Assembly (NCBI RefSeq): GCF_057098645.1
Contig: NZ_CM169472.1
DNA length: 64,000 bases
Direction: 5' to 3' (one strand)
Made by a program: the position numbers and the translations under genes. The notes beneath the pieces are model-generated. The model saw only the letters and a program-made list of their open reading frames with translations. It made no database searches and was not told the origin of the DNA. Positions 40,295 to 51,950 of the stretch are shown here, in pieces (the stretch's first letter is position 1; each line of letters starts with the position of its first letter).

Positions 40295-41089
40295 TTATTG
40301 ACCATTGTCGCCTTCGCGGGTTAGCCACCAGGCCCCCAGGATCGGCAAGGTTGTTACCAACATAACCAGCAGTGCCACCACGTTGGTTACCGATACATCA
40401 CGCGGTCGCCCAAGCTGATTGAGCAACCACAACGGTAACGTTCGTTCATGACCTGCCGTAAAGGTCGTAACGATGATTTCATCGAACGACAAGGCAAACG
40501 CCAGCATTCCTCCTGCCAGTAACGCCGAACTGAGATTCGGCAACACTACGTAGCGGAAGGTTTGCCAGCCATTGGCCCCAAGATCCATTGACGCCTCAAC
40601 CAGACTCCATGAGGTGCGGCGAAAACGGGCGATGACATTGTTAAACACCACAACTACACAAAAAGTCGCATGACCGACCACGATGGTGAAAAATCCCGGC
40701 TCCAGATTGATGGTTTTAAAGGCGGTTAATAACGCCAGACCAGTGACAATGCCCGGCAGCGCAATGGGCAGCAGCAGTAACAGCGAAATGGCGTTTTTGC
40801 CGAAAAAGTCTCGTCGCCACAGCGCGGCAGCTGCCAGCGTCCCTAACACCAGCGCCATTAATGTCGCCAGCGCCGCCACTTTAAGTGACAGTGTCACGGC
40901 ATCAAGAATATCACTACGCTGTGCTGCCACGCTAAACCAGCGCAGCGTCAGGCCCTGCGGTGGAAAACTAAACGCCGCATCTTCAGTGTTAAACGCATAG
41001 GCGGCGATTATCAGGATGGGAAAATGTAGGAAAACAACGCCGCCCCAGGCCGCCAGTTTGAGGAAAAACGGTGCGCGTTCAGAGTGCAT
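40295..41089 (-). CDS. ydcV: ABC transporter permease
   Basis: 264 aa; operon with ydcSTU. Confidence 0.9.
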   Translation of the reverse strand: MHSERAPFFLKLAAWGGVVFLHFPILIIAAYAFNTEDAAFSFPPQGLTLRWFSVAAQRSDILDAVTLSLKVAALATLMALVLGTLAAAALWRRDFFGKNAISLLLLLPIALPGIVTGLALLTAFKTINLEPGFFTIVVGHATFCVVVVFNNVIARFRRTSWSLVEASMDLGANGWQTFRYVVLPNLSSALLAGGMLAFALSFDEIIVTTFTAGHERTLPLWLLNQLGRPRDVSVTNVVALLVMLVTTLPILGAWWLTREGDNGQ

Positions 41090-42020
41090 CGAACGCTCCC
41101 AGACGTTTCACGAACGCCAGGTACAGTGCGATAAGAACAATCGGCACCAGGGTGAATGCCGCCGCCATCGGCATATTGCCAATCGCCCCCTGCTGGGAAT
41201 AAACCATATTGCCGATAAAATATCCTGGCGGGCCAACCAGCTGCGGGACGATAAAATCGCCCAGTGTGAGTGAGAAGGTAAAGATAGAGCCAGCGGCAAT
41301 ACCCGGGATCGCCAGCGGCAACACCACATAGCGAAAGGTTTGTCGTGGACGTGCGCCGAGATCAGCCGACGCCTGCAACAATGACGGCGGCAAACGCTCA
41401 AGCGCCGCCTGCACGGGCAGGATCATGAACGGCAGCCAGATATAGAGAAACACCAGAAAGCGCCCCAGCCCGGAAGTTGACAGCGTATTGCCGCCCACCG
41501 CAGGTAATGTAAGGAACGCAGTCAGCAGTGGTTCCAGCCCAAGATGTTGTAAAAACCACTGAGCCACGCCATCTTTTGCCAGTAATAACGTCCAGGCATA
41601 GGCTTTAACAATGTAGCTCGCCCACATCGGCAACATTACCGCGATATAAAAAAACGCTTTCATTTTTCCGCTGGTATAGCGCGCCATATGCCATGCCATT
41701 GGAAAAGCCAGAATGGCGCTGGCGATAGTGACTGCCACTGCCATAGTCAGCGTGCGGAGAATGATGTCGTAATTCGCCGGATTAAACAGCGCACGGATAT
41801 TCTCCAGCGTCAGTTCCGGCGTTACCGACATAGTGAAATCGTCAAAAGTATAAAATCCCTGCCATAACAGTGTCAGCAGCGAGCCGAAATAGACAATGCC
41901 AAACCACATTAGCGGGCCAAGCAGCAGTAAAAACAGCCCCAGCCCCGGATTACGCCAGAAGAAACCGGACACCTTACCCAGACCTGGACGTGAAGGTGAT
42001 TGCAATACGTTCATCGCCAT
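41079..42020 (-). CDS. ydcU: ABC transporter permease
   Basis: 313 aa. Confidence 0.9.
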   Translation of the reverse strand: MAMNVLQSPSRPGLGKVSGFFWRNPGLGLFLLLLGPLMWFGIVYFGSLLTLLWQGFYTFDDFTMSVTPELTLENIRALFNPANYDIILRTLTMAVAVTIASAILAFPMAWHMARYTSGKMKAFFYIAVMLPMWASYIVKAYAWTLLLAKDGVAQWFLQHLGLEPLLTAFLTLPAVGGNTLSTSGLGRFLVFLYIWLPFMILPVQAALERLPPSLLQASADLGARPRQTFRYVVLPLAIPGIAAGSIFTFSLTLGDFIVPQLVGPPGYFIGNMVYSQQGAIGNMPMAAAFTLVPIVLIALYLAFVKRLGAFDAL

Positions 42021-43034
42021 TCACCTCTCCTCAACCAGAGGCACCATCACATCACGCGACCAGGAAACCATCACCTGTTGTCCGGGCGTGAGCGTGGCAG
42101 GCAGTTCTTCACCTGTCATATTGGCCTGACTCACCAGCAGTTTTTCACCGCCGCTCAGTGTCAGTTCAAAACGGGTCGCTGCGCCCTGATATTGCACCGC
42201 CTGGATCGTGCCATTAGCCTGCATTTCGCCGGAGGTATTGAGACGGATATGTTCCGGCCGCAGGGCGAAGCTTCCCGTCATGCCACAAAGTTTCTCTGCC
42301 ATCAGTCCATCAAAAACATTCGATGTACCAACGAACCCGGCAACAAACGGCGTGCGCGGGCGCATATAGAGATCGCGCGGGGAATCGACCTGCTCAATGC
42401 GTCCATTATTGAAAACCGCCACACGATCGGACATCGATAACGCTTCGCCCTGATCGTGGGTAACGAAGATAAAAGTGATACCGAGAGACTGTTGCAGCTT
42501 TTTCAGTTCCAGCTGCATCTGCTCACGCAATTTGAGATCCAGTGCGCCGAGCGGTTCATCCAACAGCAATACGCGCGGTTCATTCACCAATGCTCTGGCG
42601 ATAGCAACCCGCTGGCGCTGACCACCAGAAAGTTGTGACGGTTTGCGTTGCTGAACAAAACCCAGCGCCACTTTCTCCAGCGCCTCTTGCGCCATTGCGT
42701 GCCGCTGCTTTTTATTCACGCCTTTGACCATCAGCCCATAGGCGACATTGTCAAGAATCGACATATGCGGAAATAGCGCGTAGTCCTGAAAGACAGTATT
42801 CACGTCCCGCTCCCACGGTGGCAGATTGCTGGCGGGTTTACCAAAGATAGAGATAGCCCCGCCAGAAAGCTGTTCGAAGCCAGCAATCAGGCGCAGGCAG
42901 GTGGTTTTGCCGGAGCCGGACGGCCCCAGCATAGAGAAGAACTCACCATCTTTTATCGCAATACTGACGCCATCTACTGCGCGCACGTCACCGTACAACC
43001 GCGAGACGTTGTCAAACTCCACTGCGTACGTCAT
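42021..43034 (-). CDS. ydcT: ABC transporter ATP-binding protein
   Basis: Walker A GPSGSGKT, signature LSGGQRQR. Confidence 0.9.
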   Translation of the reverse strand: MTYAVEFDNVSRLYGDVRAVDGVSIAIKDGEFFSMLGPSGSGKTTCLRLIAGFEQLSGGAISIFGKPASNLPPWERDVNTVFQDYALFPHMSILDNVAYGLMVKGVNKKQRHAMAQEALEKVALGFVQQRKPSQLSGGQRQRVAIARALVNEPRVLLLDEPLGALDLKLREQMQLELKKLQQSLGITFIFVTHDQGEALSMSDRVAVFNNGRIEQVDSPRDLYMRPRTPFVAGFVGTSNVFDGLMAEKLCGMTGSFALRPEHIRLNTSGEMQANGTIQAVQYQGAATRFELTLSGGEKLLVSQANMTGEELPATLTPGQQVMVSWSRDVMVPLVEER

Positions 43035-43051
43035 AAAGCACCCCAGCGAAG

Positions 43052-44197
43052 TTAGCGACCGCCCATAATGGCAATGTAATCCTGCGTCCAGCGACTGTAG
43101 GGAACAAACTTGCCCCCTTCTGCTATAGGCGTTTTCCAGAAGGCTATTTTATCGAAATAGTTAAAACCGTTGGTTTCACAACCTTTTTCGCCTAATAACG
43201 GACTGGCTTTACACCCTTGCGGCACTACCGGTAACGAGCCAAACCAGGCCGCCACATCGCCCTGCACTTTTGGCGTTAATGACCAGTTCATCCATTTGTA
43301 GGCGCAAACCGGATGTTTCGCTTCGCTATGTAGCATGGTGGTGTCAGCCCAACCGGTAACGCCCTCCTTCGGGAAAACGGTAGCGACAGGCTGGCCTTCG
43401 GCTTTCAAGGCGTTGGCCTGATAGGGCCATGCACTGGAAGCAACCACACCCTCGTTTTTGAAATCGCTCATTTGCACGGTAGTGTCATGCCAGTAGCGAT
43501 GGATCAAACTATGTTGAGCGCGCAGCACTTTCAGCACCGCCTGGTACTGTTCTTCGGTGAGTTGATACGGATCGCTGATGCCCAACTGCGGCTGAGTGGC
43601 TTTAACGAACAACGCAGCGTCCGCAATGTAGATAGGGCCATCATAAGCCTGAACGCGGCCTTTATTGCTCTTGCCGTCCGGCAGATTTTGCTCAACAAAA
43701 ACCACTTGCCAGCTATCCGGCGGCGTCGGGAAGGTTTTAGTGTTGTACATCAGCAGGTTCGGACCCCATTGATATGGCGTGCCATAGACTTTGCCGCCCA
43801 CGTTAAACCAGTCGCCTTTAACCACGCGCGGATCGAGCGTTTTCCAGTTGGGAATCAATGCGGTATTAATCGGCTGCACGCGTTTACCCATAATCAAACG
43901 CAGCGAGGCATCGCCGGATGCCGTAACCAGATCGTAACCCCCTTTGGTCATCAGACTGACCATTTCATCGGAAGTCGCGGCGGTTTTAACATTCACCGCG
44001 CAGCCTGTCTCTTTTTCGAATTGCGTTACCCAGTCGTATTGTTTATCAGTTTGTCCGCGTTCGATATATCCCGGCCAGGCGATAATATCCAGTCTCCCTT
44101 CCGGTTTATCTAAATTGGTAGGTGGTTCGGCGGCGTGAGCGGTCATTATTGTCATGCTGAGCGCACACAGGCTGCTGCGGGCAAATGTCTTGCACAT
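43052..44197 (-). CDS. ydcS: Periplasmic substrate-binding protein (polyamine-type)
   Basis: 381 aa with signal peptide. Confidence 0.9.
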   Translation of the reverse strand: MCKTFARSSLCALSMTIMTAHAAEPPTNLDKPEGRLDIIAWPGYIERGQTDKQYDWVTQFEKETGCAVNVKTAATSDEMVSLMTKGGYDLVTASGDASLRLIMGKRVQPINTALIPNWKTLDPRVVKGDWFNVGGKVYGTPYQWGPNLLMYNTKTFPTPPDSWQVVFVEQNLPDGKSNKGRVQAYDGPIYIADAALFVKATQPQLGISDPYQLTEEQYQAVLKVLRAQHSLIHRYWHDTTVQMSDFKNEGVVASSAWPYQANALKAEGQPVATVFPKEGVTGWADTTMLHSEAKHPVCAYKWMNWSLTPKVQGDVAAWFGSLPVVPQGCKASPLLGEKGCETNGFNYFDKIAFWKTPIAEGGKFVPYSRWTQDYIAIMGGR

Positions 44198-44442
44198 AAG
44201 GTTCTTACTCCTGTCGTAATTAATTGTTCAGCCGCCGTGCCGTAAAAATATCTCCTTGTTTAACCATAGACGGCGGCTTGCAGGCACACCTTCGCCCCTG
44301 AGAAAATTTAATCAGGTTGTGAGCTACCGCGCATTATGCCGTCTGTAAGGTTATCTTCTGGAGTATAGACAAGGAGTTAGGAAATATGACTGCTATTCGA
44401 AATTCATATTACCCAACCTAAGAGGAATTAAATTAAACGCTA

Positions 44443-45849
44443 TTACAGCCGTTCTTGAATAAGTTTGCCTAATTGTTTTACCGCCTGTTCTTCACGTTCT
44501 CCCCACTGCCACGCGGTATTAAAACGAAAAAAACGTGACCAGTTTTCACCGGTAGAAAACATTTTACCCGGCGCAATACTGATATGATGCGTCAGTGCCG
44601 CCAGGCTCAATTCGCCGGCATCTAACGGCTCGGGGAGCTCCAGCCAGAGAAAATAACCGCTGTCATTATGATGAATTTTCACTTCCGCAGGCAGATAACG
44701 CAGCAGTGCCTGCCAGGCACGTTGTTTACGTTCCGCAAGCTGGCGACGCAGGCGACGAAGATGGGCGTCGTATCGGCGCGTGGAAAGGTAATCCACCAGC
44801 GCAAGCTGCATCGGTGAGCTGGTGGAAAGCGTACTCATCAACTGCAATCGTTGAATTTTACGTGCATGTTTTCCGGCGGCGACCCAACCAATACGAAAAC
44901 CAGGCACCAGACATTTCGAAAACGAAGAGCAATGCAAAACGCCATCGTGGCGATCCCACGCTTTCGCAGGCAGCGGTTTTTCCCGTCCAAAATAAAGTTC
45001 GCTGTAAACGTCATCTTCAATCAGCGTTACGTTGTACTGATTGAGCAACGCCACCAGTTGTGCTTTTTTTTGCGGCGTTAAGGTAAATCCGAGTGGATTC
45101 TGGCTATTAGTCATCAGCCAGCACGCTTTCACCGGATACTCCTGCAACGCCAGTTCCAGCGCCTGAAGATCTATCCCTTCTTTAACATCCGTCGCTACCG
45201 ATAACGCTTTCAGCCGTAGCCGTTCCAGCGCCTGCAACGCGCCATAGAAACAAGGATTCTCTACTATCACCCAATCGCCCGGTTCAGTTACCGCTTGCAA
45301 ACTGAGGTTTAATGCTTCTAACGCCCCGGCAGTGATGACAATTTCATCAGGAGAAATGGTGATGCCCTGTAAGGCATAGCGACGGGCAATAGCCTGACGC
45401 AGTTCTGCGTTTCCTGGCGGCAAGTTTTCAATCACGCTCATCGCCGTGGCGGTTTTGCTTACCTGCGCCAGCGAGCGGTTTAGTTGTTGGAGGGGGAAAA
45501 GTCGCGGGTCGGGAAAGGCCGAGGCAAACGGAACGACCGACGGATCGCGACTGGCCTGCAACATATCAAAAATATAAGTGTTGATATCGACTGCTTCATC
45601 TCGAGTGACTGGAATGACTGGCGCTTTCGGCATTTTTATTGCCTGTGGCGCAACGTAATAACCCGACTGCGGTCGTGCGATAATATATCCCTGACTTTCG
45701 AGCAACTGATAGGCATGGCTGACAGTCATAAAGCTCATGCCAGAAAGCGCCACCTGGTCACGCAACGAAGGCAAACGATCGCCGGGTTGCCAGATACCCG
45801 TCACAATCTGCTCGCGTAATTGTTCTGCAAGCTGCTGGTATTTTTTCAT
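44443..45849 (-). CDS. ydcR: MocR-type regulator (GntR HTH + aminotransferase domain)
   Basis: 468 aa. Confidence 0.9.
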   Translation of the reverse strand: MKKYQQLAEQLREQIVTGIWQPGDRLPSLRDQVALSGMSFMTVSHAYQLLESQGYIIARPQSGYYVAPQAIKMPKAPVIPVTRDEAVDINTYIFDMLQASRDPSVVPFASAFPDPRLFPLQQLNRSLAQVSKTATAMSVIENLPPGNAELRQAIARRYALQGITISPDEIVITAGALEALNLSLQAVTEPGDWVIVENPCFYGALQALERLRLKALSVATDVKEGIDLQALELALQEYPVKACWLMTNSQNPLGFTLTPQKKAQLVALLNQYNVTLIEDDVYSELYFGREKPLPAKAWDRHDGVLHCSSFSKCLVPGFRIGWVAAGKHARKIQRLQLMSTLSTSSPMQLALVDYLSTRRYDAHLRRLRRQLAERKQRAWQALLRYLPAEVKIHHNDSGYFLWLELPEPLDAGELSLAALTHHISIAPGKMFSTGENWSRFFRFNTAWQWGEREEQAVKQLGKLIQERL

Positions 45850-45927
45850 TATCGAATCGTAATTATGTGCAGATGATTCGGCAATCTATATCAGTTGTTA
45901 AAAATGACAACTTTTCATTAACTGTTA

Positions 45928-46344
<417 letters not shown>

Positions 46345-46389
46345 AATTTCGACTGTCTCTCGCATGTCATTAACCTTTTTAATTGGCGA

Positions 46390-46566
46390 TTAACTCAAAC
46401 CGAGTTGTTTCAGGATTGCTTTACGCAATGGTTCTTTAATCTCATCGCAGGGGTGACGCGGCATGACACTGCGCCTCCCATGAAACCTGAGTTTCAAATG
46501 GTTGCTGCCATTCGCTACATCGACGCCCTGAGATTCGAGCCAACGTCTGAACTCGCTTTGTTTCAC
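46390..46566 (-). CDS. hicA: HicA mRNA interferase toxin (58 aa, GTG start)
   Basis: Translates to VKQSEFRRWLESQGVDVANGSNHLKLRFHG...; below the ORF-track size cutoff. Confidence 0.85.
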   Translation of the reverse strand: MKQSEFRRWLESQGVDVANGSNHLKLRFHGRRSVMPRHPCDEIKEPLRKAILKQLGLS

Positions 46567-46787
46567 ATCGCCTCCCTGCCGCTGAGTATATCAACAAAGT
46601 AAACATTAGTGTTTACCTCCGTGTGTAATTTGCTCGAAAATAGCACTAAATCGCCGCAACGGCAGAATGCAATGCAAAATCAGGAAGGAAGATTCCAGAA
46701 TTTCTTTGCGCTAATTTGCAAAACTGAATAATAACCTCAAGAAACGATCGGCATCATAGCGGCAAAAGGTAAGAAAAAGGTGGCAGG

Positions 46788-47018
46788 ATGTTTACGAAGG
46801 CGTTATCGGTTGTCTTATTAACGTGTGCGCTGTTCTCAGGACAACTCATGGCAGGGCACAAAGGACATGAATTTGTGTGGGTAAAGAATGTGGATCATCA
46901 GCTGCGTCATGAAGCGGACAGCGATGAATTGCGTGCTGTGGCGGAAGAGTCGGCGGAAGGTTTGCGCGAGCATTTTTACTGGCAAAAATCGCGCAAACCA
47001 GAAGCGGGACAACGTTGA
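46788..47018 (+). CDS. yncJ: Small secreted protein
   Basis: 76 aa with signal peptide. Confidence 0.75.
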   Translation: MFTKALSVVLLTCALFSGQLMAGHKGHEFVWVKNVDHQLRHEADSDELRAVAEESAEGLREHFYWQKSRKPEAGQR

Positions 47019-47109
47019 GTCGTTTGATGCCGGATGCGGCGTAACGCCTTACCCGGCAGGCAATATCATGCAGATTCAATAAGTTGTGAGTAACCAGAAA
47101 ACTGGCGTT

Positions 47110-49071
47110 TTACCCTTTTCGCTTCGGCAATGTTTTCAGCAGCTCATCCGGACTTACGGATGCCACTACGCTTCCCGGTAACGGCATTTTCAGTATGTGA
47201 TTTTTGATTTTGCCAATGACGTGCATCTCGCATGGGCGGCAATCAAACTTTAGCGTTAATACTTCATCGCCGTTAACCAGTTGCATTGGCGTAGCCTTCC
47301 AGCTTTTGATATTGCCTTTCGCCTGTTTCGGGCACAGATTAAAGGCAAAGCGCAGACAATGCTTGGTGATCATCACCGGGACTTCGCCCTTCTCTTCATG
47401 TGCCTCATACGCCGCGTCAATCAGCTGCACACCATAGCGATGATAAAATTCACGCGCTTTCTGGTTGTAAACGTTCGCGAGGAAACTCAGATGTGTTTGC
47501 GGATAAACCGGCGCAGGATCAGCAACCGGTTTACGGCTGCCGCGCTGGTAACTGGCAAGACGCGCAGCATCCAGCATGTCGGCAGCTTCACGGCGGAACT
47601 GGTTTAACAGACTGTTTGGTACAAACAGCGCCCCCGGCAAATTAATTTGCACATCGCGGGCGTAATAGATGGTTTGCCCCAGTTTTGCCAGACCATCCTT
47701 CAGATTGTTCATTGCTTTTTCGGCGTTATTGGCTTCGTCGAACTGCCCATCCAGCGTATGCGTTATGCTGACCCCCTCTTCACTGGTGAGAGTCAGAATC
47801 AATTGCTCCTGCCAACCGCCCAGTTCAATGTCTACCGCCACCCGACGTTCGCTGGAGGTTTTTGTCAGTGCCTGCTGCCAGTTATGATCAAGATTACGGT
47901 TTAGTGGGTGATGCGGGCGAATTTTGTGCAAATCTGCTGGCATTTCATTGGGCCAGACGCGGTACTGATTTTCTCCGGTTTTCTCGACCGTATTGGCACG
48001 AAAACCGACGACTTCACGTTTAATCATCACGTTCAGGCCATCACCATTTGCCAGTGGCTCGGTGACGGCAACATCGAGATGATCTTTCGCCACTTTCACT
48101 ACTTCGCCTACCGGCAGGCCGATAAATTTCGGCGAATCGAACGCGCCAATATCGCCTTTACGGGCATTCACAAAATAATCTGTGCTACCACGGTGGAAAG
48201 TCTTTTCCGTCGATGGAACAAAGAAATGTTCAGTACGACCTGATGAAGCGCGCGCCAGATCGCCACGTTCTTCAATAATGGCATCAAGCATCTGGCGATA
48301 ATGGGCGGTGATATTCTTCACGTAGCTCATATCTTTGTAACGCCCCTCAATCTTGAAGGAGCGTACACCAGCATCAATCAGCGCGCCGAGGTTGGCAGTC
48401 TGATCGTTATCTTTCATCGACAGCAGATGTTTTTCATAGGAAACCACCCGCCCCTGATCGTCTTTCAATGTGTATGGCAAACGGCACGCCTGCGAGCAAT
48501 CGCCACGGTTGGCACTACGCCCTGTTTGCGCATGAGAAATGTAGCACTGACCCGAATAGGCCACGCACAGTGCCCCATGAATAAAGAATTCAATGGTCGC
48601 GTCCGTAGCCTGGTGAATCGCGCGGATCTGATCAAGATTCAGCTCTCGCGCCAGCACAATCTGCGTGAAGCCAACATCAGAGAGGAACTTCGCTTTTTCT
48701 ACTGTACGAATGTCGCACTGCGTACTGGCGTGCAGTTCAATCGGCGGAATATCAAGTTCCAGAATCCCCATATCCTGAACAATCAGCGCATCGACACCGG
48801 TCTGGTAGAGGTCAGTAATCAGCCGTTGCGCGGGTTCCAGCTCATCATCATGCAAAATGGTGTTAAGCGTGACGAAAATTTTTGCACCATAACGATGGGC
48901 AAACGGCACCAGCTCGGCAATATCTTTCAGGCTATTACTGGCATTATGACGGGCACCAAAACCTGGGCCGCCGATATAAACAGCATCGGCACCGTGCAAA
49001 ATAGCTTCGCGGGCAATGGCGGCATCGCGTGCCGGGCTTAACAGTTCAAGTCGATGAGAAGATACGGTCAC
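47110..49071 (-). CDS. rlhA: Peptidase U32-family protein (23S rRNA hydroxylation factor)
   Basis: 653 aa; synteny (formerly ydcP). Confidence 0.9.
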   Translation of the reverse strand: MTVSSHRLELLSPARDAAIAREAILHGADAVYIGGPGFGARHNASNSLKDIAELVPFAHRYGAKIFVTLNTILHDDELEPAQRLITDLYQTGVDALIVQDMGILELDIPPIELHASTQCDIRTVEKAKFLSDVGFTQIVLARELNLDQIRAIHQATDATIEFFIHGALCVAYSGQCYISHAQTGRSANRGDCSQACRLPYTLKDDQGRVVSYEKHLLSMKDNDQTANLGALIDAGVRSFKIEGRYKDMSYVKNITAHYRQMLDAIIEERGDLARASSGRTEHFFVPSTEKTFHRGSTDYFVNARKGDIGAFDSPKFIGLPVGEVVKVAKDHLDVAVTEPLANGDGLNVMIKREVVGFRANTVEKTGENQYRVWPNEMPADLHKIRPHHPLNRNLDHNWQQALTKTSSERRVAVDIELGGWQEQLILTLTSEEGVSITHTLDGQFDEANNAEKAMNNLKDGLAKLGQTIYYARDVQINLPGALFVPNSLLNQFRREAADMLDAARLASYQRGSRKPVADPAPVYPQTHLSFLANVYNQKAREFYHRYGVQLIDAAYEAHEEKGEVPVMITKHCLRFAFNLCPKQAKGNIKSWKATPMQLVNGDEVLTLKFDCRPCEMHVIGKIKNHILKMPLPGSVVASVSPDELLKTLPKRKG

Positions 49072-49143
49072 ATTCTTATCCAGTAGCTAAAAAATGGCGG
49101 CTATTTTAGCCACAAGCGCGACGTTGCGAAATAGTTTTCCCGC

Positions 49144-49680
49144 TTAACTGCGCGGGTAATGGATGAGGGAATGAAAATGTACGATTTGCTCCCCACCATT
49201 ACGATAGATATGCGTGACGTCTGCAGCAAATCGAGCGCCTTCCCCACAATTAAGGCTCTGCCATTCTCCATCAACGCACAGATCAAGTTGTCCATCAATG
49301 ACGACGACATGTTCGATTACCCCCTTCTCATGGGGCGTCGATTCGCTTATTGCACCGGGTGCCATCTGAATCGAGAAGTGTTCAAAGCAGAGTTGTGGAT
49401 CATAAGGAAACAGCGAAGTGATCACCATTGCCTGCTGTTGTGGATCATAAACTGAAGGCGTAGCGGACTGTGGCGGAGAAATAAATGTCGAAAATGGCAC
49501 GTTCAACCCAGTGGCAATTTTCCATAATGTCGCGACCGTCGGGCTGGACTCATTACGCTCAATCTGTCCTAACATTGCTTTAGAAACGCCCGTCGCTTCT
49601 GCCAGTCGCGAAAGACTCCAGCCGCGCTGCTGACGTAGTTGTTTAAGTGTGGTGGATAAAAAGCGAGCAAGATTTTCCAT
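49144..49680 (-). CDS. sutR: XRE-HTH/cupin transcriptional regulator
   Basis: 178 aa; HTH + cupin. Confidence 0.85.
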   Translation of the reverse strand: MENLARFLSTTLKQLRQQRGWSLSRLAEATGVSKAMLGQIERNESSPTVATLWKIATGLNVPFSTFISPPQSATPSVYDPQQQAMVITSLFPYDPQLCFEHFSIQMAPGAISESTPHEKGVIEHVVVIDGQLDLCVDGEWQSLNCGEGARFAADVTHIYRNGGEQIVHFHSLIHYPRS

Positions 49681-49771
49681 GCGACTCCTCCGGCAAAACG
49701 GAAGTTTATCACTTGTGCGTTATAACGGACAAATGCTACGGTGCCTGTACGCTATAACGCACGAGGTGACT

Positions 49772-50944
49772 ATGCGTCTGTTTTCTGTTCCTCCACCCAC
49801 GCTACTGGCGGGGTTTCTGGCGGTATTAATTGGCTACGCCAGTTCAGCGGCAATAATCTGGCAAGCAGCGATTGTCGCCGGAGCCACCACTGCACAAATC
49901 TCTGGCTGGATGACGGCGCTGGGGCTGGCAATGGGCGTCAGTACGCTGACTCTGACATTATGGTATCGCGTACCTGTTCTCACCGCATGGTCAACGCCTG
50001 GCGCAGCTTTGTTGGTCACCGGATTGCAGGGACTAACACTTAACGAAGCCATCGGCGTTTTTATTGTCACTAACGCGTTAATAGTCCTCTGCGGCATAAC
50101 GGGACTCTTTGCTCGTCTGATGCGCATTATTCCGCACTCGCTTGCGGCGGCAATGCTTGCCGGGATTTTATTACGCTTTGGTTTACAGGCGTTTGCCAGT
50201 CTGGACGGTCAATTTACGTTGTGTGGAAGTATGTTGCTGGTATGGCTGGCAACCAAGGCCGTTGCGCCGCGCTATGCGGTAATTGCCGCGATGATTATTG
50301 GGCTCGTGATCGTTATCGCGCAAGGTGACGTTGTCACAACTGATGTTGTCTTTAAACCCGTTCTCCCCTCTTATATTACCCCTGATTTTTCGTTTGCTCA
50401 CAGCCTGAGCGTTGCACTCCCCCTTTTTCTGGTGACGATGGCATCGCAAAACGCACCGGGTATCGCAGCAATGAAAGCAGCCGGATATTCAGCTCCTGTT
50501 TCGCCATTAATTGTATTTACTGGATTGCTGGCACTGGTTTTTTCCCCTTTCGGCGTTTATTCCGTCGGTATTGCGGCAATCACCGCGGCTATTTGCCAAA
50601 GCCCGGAAGCGCATCCGGATAAAGATCAACGTTGGCTGGCAGCTGCCGTTGCAGGCATTTTCTATTTGCTCGCAGGTCTGTTTGGTAGTGCCATTACCGG
50701 GATGATGGCTGCCCTGCCCGTAAGTTGGATCCAGATGCTGGCAGGTCTGGCGCTGTTAAGTACCATTGGCGGCAGTTTGTATCAGGCGCTGCATAATGAG
50801 CGTGAGCGCGACGCGGCGGTGGTGGCATTTCTGGTAACGGCAAGTGGATTGACGCTGGTCGGGATTGGTTCTGCGTTTTGGGGATTAATTGCCGGAGGTG
50901 TTTGTTACGTGGTGTTGAATTTAATCGCTGACAGAAACCGATAA
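49772..50944 (+). CDS. ydcO: BenE-family membrane transporter
   Basis: ATG 49772 after GAGGTG; polytopic membrane protein. Confidence 0.85.
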   Translation: MRLFSVPPPTLLAGFLAVLIGYASSAAIIWQAAIVAGATTAQISGWMTALGLAMGVSTLTLTLWYRVPVLTAWSTPGAALLVTGLQGLTLNEAIGVFIVTNALIVLCGITGLFARLMRIIPHSLAAAMLAGILLRFGLQAFASLDGQFTLCGSMLLVWLATKAVAPRYAVIAAMIIGLVIVIAQGDVVTTDVVFKPVLPSYITPDFSFAHSLSVALPLFLVTMASQNAPGIAAMKAAGYSAPVSPLIVFTGLLALVFSPFGVYSVGIAAITAAICQSPEAHPDKDQRWLAAAVAGIFYLLAGLFGSAITGMMAALPVSWIQMLAGLALLSTIGGSLYQALHNERERDAAVVAFLVTASGLTLVGIGSAFWGLIAGGVCYVVLNLIADRNR

Positions 50945-50945
50945 T

Positions 50946-50970
50946 AAAAAGCGCCATCTAACGATGGCGC
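50946..50970. terminator. Bidirectional terminator hairpin GCGCCATC-N4-GATGGCGC
   Basis: Occupies the whole 34-bp gap between convergent ydcO and ydcL. Confidence 0.55.
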
Positions 50971-50978
50971 GTCTGGAA

Positions 50979-51647
50979 CTACTTTTTGTTAACGTCAAAC
51001 ATGGTGGCATCGGTCGCCATGTCATCAATAACTTGTTTAATATTTTCGAAAGCCATTGGCGTACTTTCGTTATTCAGGTCTTTACCTTCGCCCTGACGAA
51101 CGACTTTGATAACCGGTTTATTAGTCGCTGCATCAATCAGCTCACCTTCAAAATACAAGCGAGTATCCATGGTTCGGTGGCCTGTAGCCATTTGCGTCCC
51201 CGCAACCACTAATGCAACAGGAACCACTTCATAGAATTGCAGCCCTTCTTTGCTGGTATCTACACCGGTAATGGCCCCACGGAAAATCAGACTACGCGGC
51301 CCCGCGGTGGTAACCAGTGGTTTACGCTGCGCTATCGCTTCTTTCATTTCGGTGTTGGTATAGTTCAAAATTTTATCCAGAACTTTCTGCCCTACCTGGG
51401 TCGAAGGTTTTGGCACCGGATAATAAGTGATTGGGTTCCAGACGATGCTGTCATATTTGCTTTGATCAAAACTCGGGTCTACCCAACGTAAAACCGGTTT
51501 ACCTGTAGCCGAGGTTGTTTCTTTTAAATCAGAGTAATTGTTTAAAAAACCAGAATATTTATCTGGCTGGGTGATTTTAGAGGCACAACCAGACAGAGCC
51601 AACAAGCCGCATAAAGCTGCAACTTTCGCAAATGATGTGGTACGCAT
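50979..51647 (-). CDS. ydcL: Lipoprotein
   Basis: Lipobox LSGC near N-terminus. Confidence 0.85.
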   Translation of the reverse strand: MRTTSFAKVAALCGLLALSGCASKITQPDKYSGFLNNYSDLKETTSATGKPVLRWVDPSFDQSKYDSIVWNPITYYPVPKPSTQVGQKVLDKILNYTNTEMKEAIAQRKPLVTTAGPRSLIFRGAITGVDTSKEGLQFYEVVPVALVVAGTQMATGHRTMDTRLYFEGELIDAATNKPVIKVVRQGEGKDLNNESTPMAFENIKQVIDDMATDATMFDVNKK

Positions 51648-51950
51648 GAATAGTTTCCTGAGATGATTATATTACTTTTTAAGTTATAGCAAAAAGCGCC
51701 GCTTCGTGTTGTGGCAAAAAAAGTGTTGGTGAAAATAAATTTTTTTAGCCCCTTTTCAGACGACATAGTCAATGCCGCAAAAGGGGCTAAGTCAATCATC
51801 AGTAGTTAAATTTCAGTAAGTTAAGCTGCTAAAAAACTTCGACTACTGTGATTAATTTCACATCCCTTCGATAAAAAATATGCTTACCGAAAAGAAGGAC
51901 AGTAAACCATCTCAGCGTGGGGAATTTTCACCCGCTTTGTTCTTACCGGG

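Noticed and set aside
43472-44113. 213-aa plus-strand ORF inside ydcS
   Set aside because: Antisense shadow ORF within the ABC transporter operon.
46405-46602. 65-aa plus-strand ORF upstream of hicB
   Set aside because: The minus strand here translates to a clear HicA toxin; the plus-strand ORF is its shadow.
48301-49041. 246-aa plus-strand ORF inside rlhA (ydcP)
   Set aside because: Antisense shadow ORF.
50945-50978. Expected IS609-type insertion between ydcO and ydcL, as I recall for K-12 MG1655
   Set aside because: Only a 34-bp terminator hairpin separates the two genes; absence of the IS is a strain difference, not a feature of this sequence, and rests on my memory of K-12.
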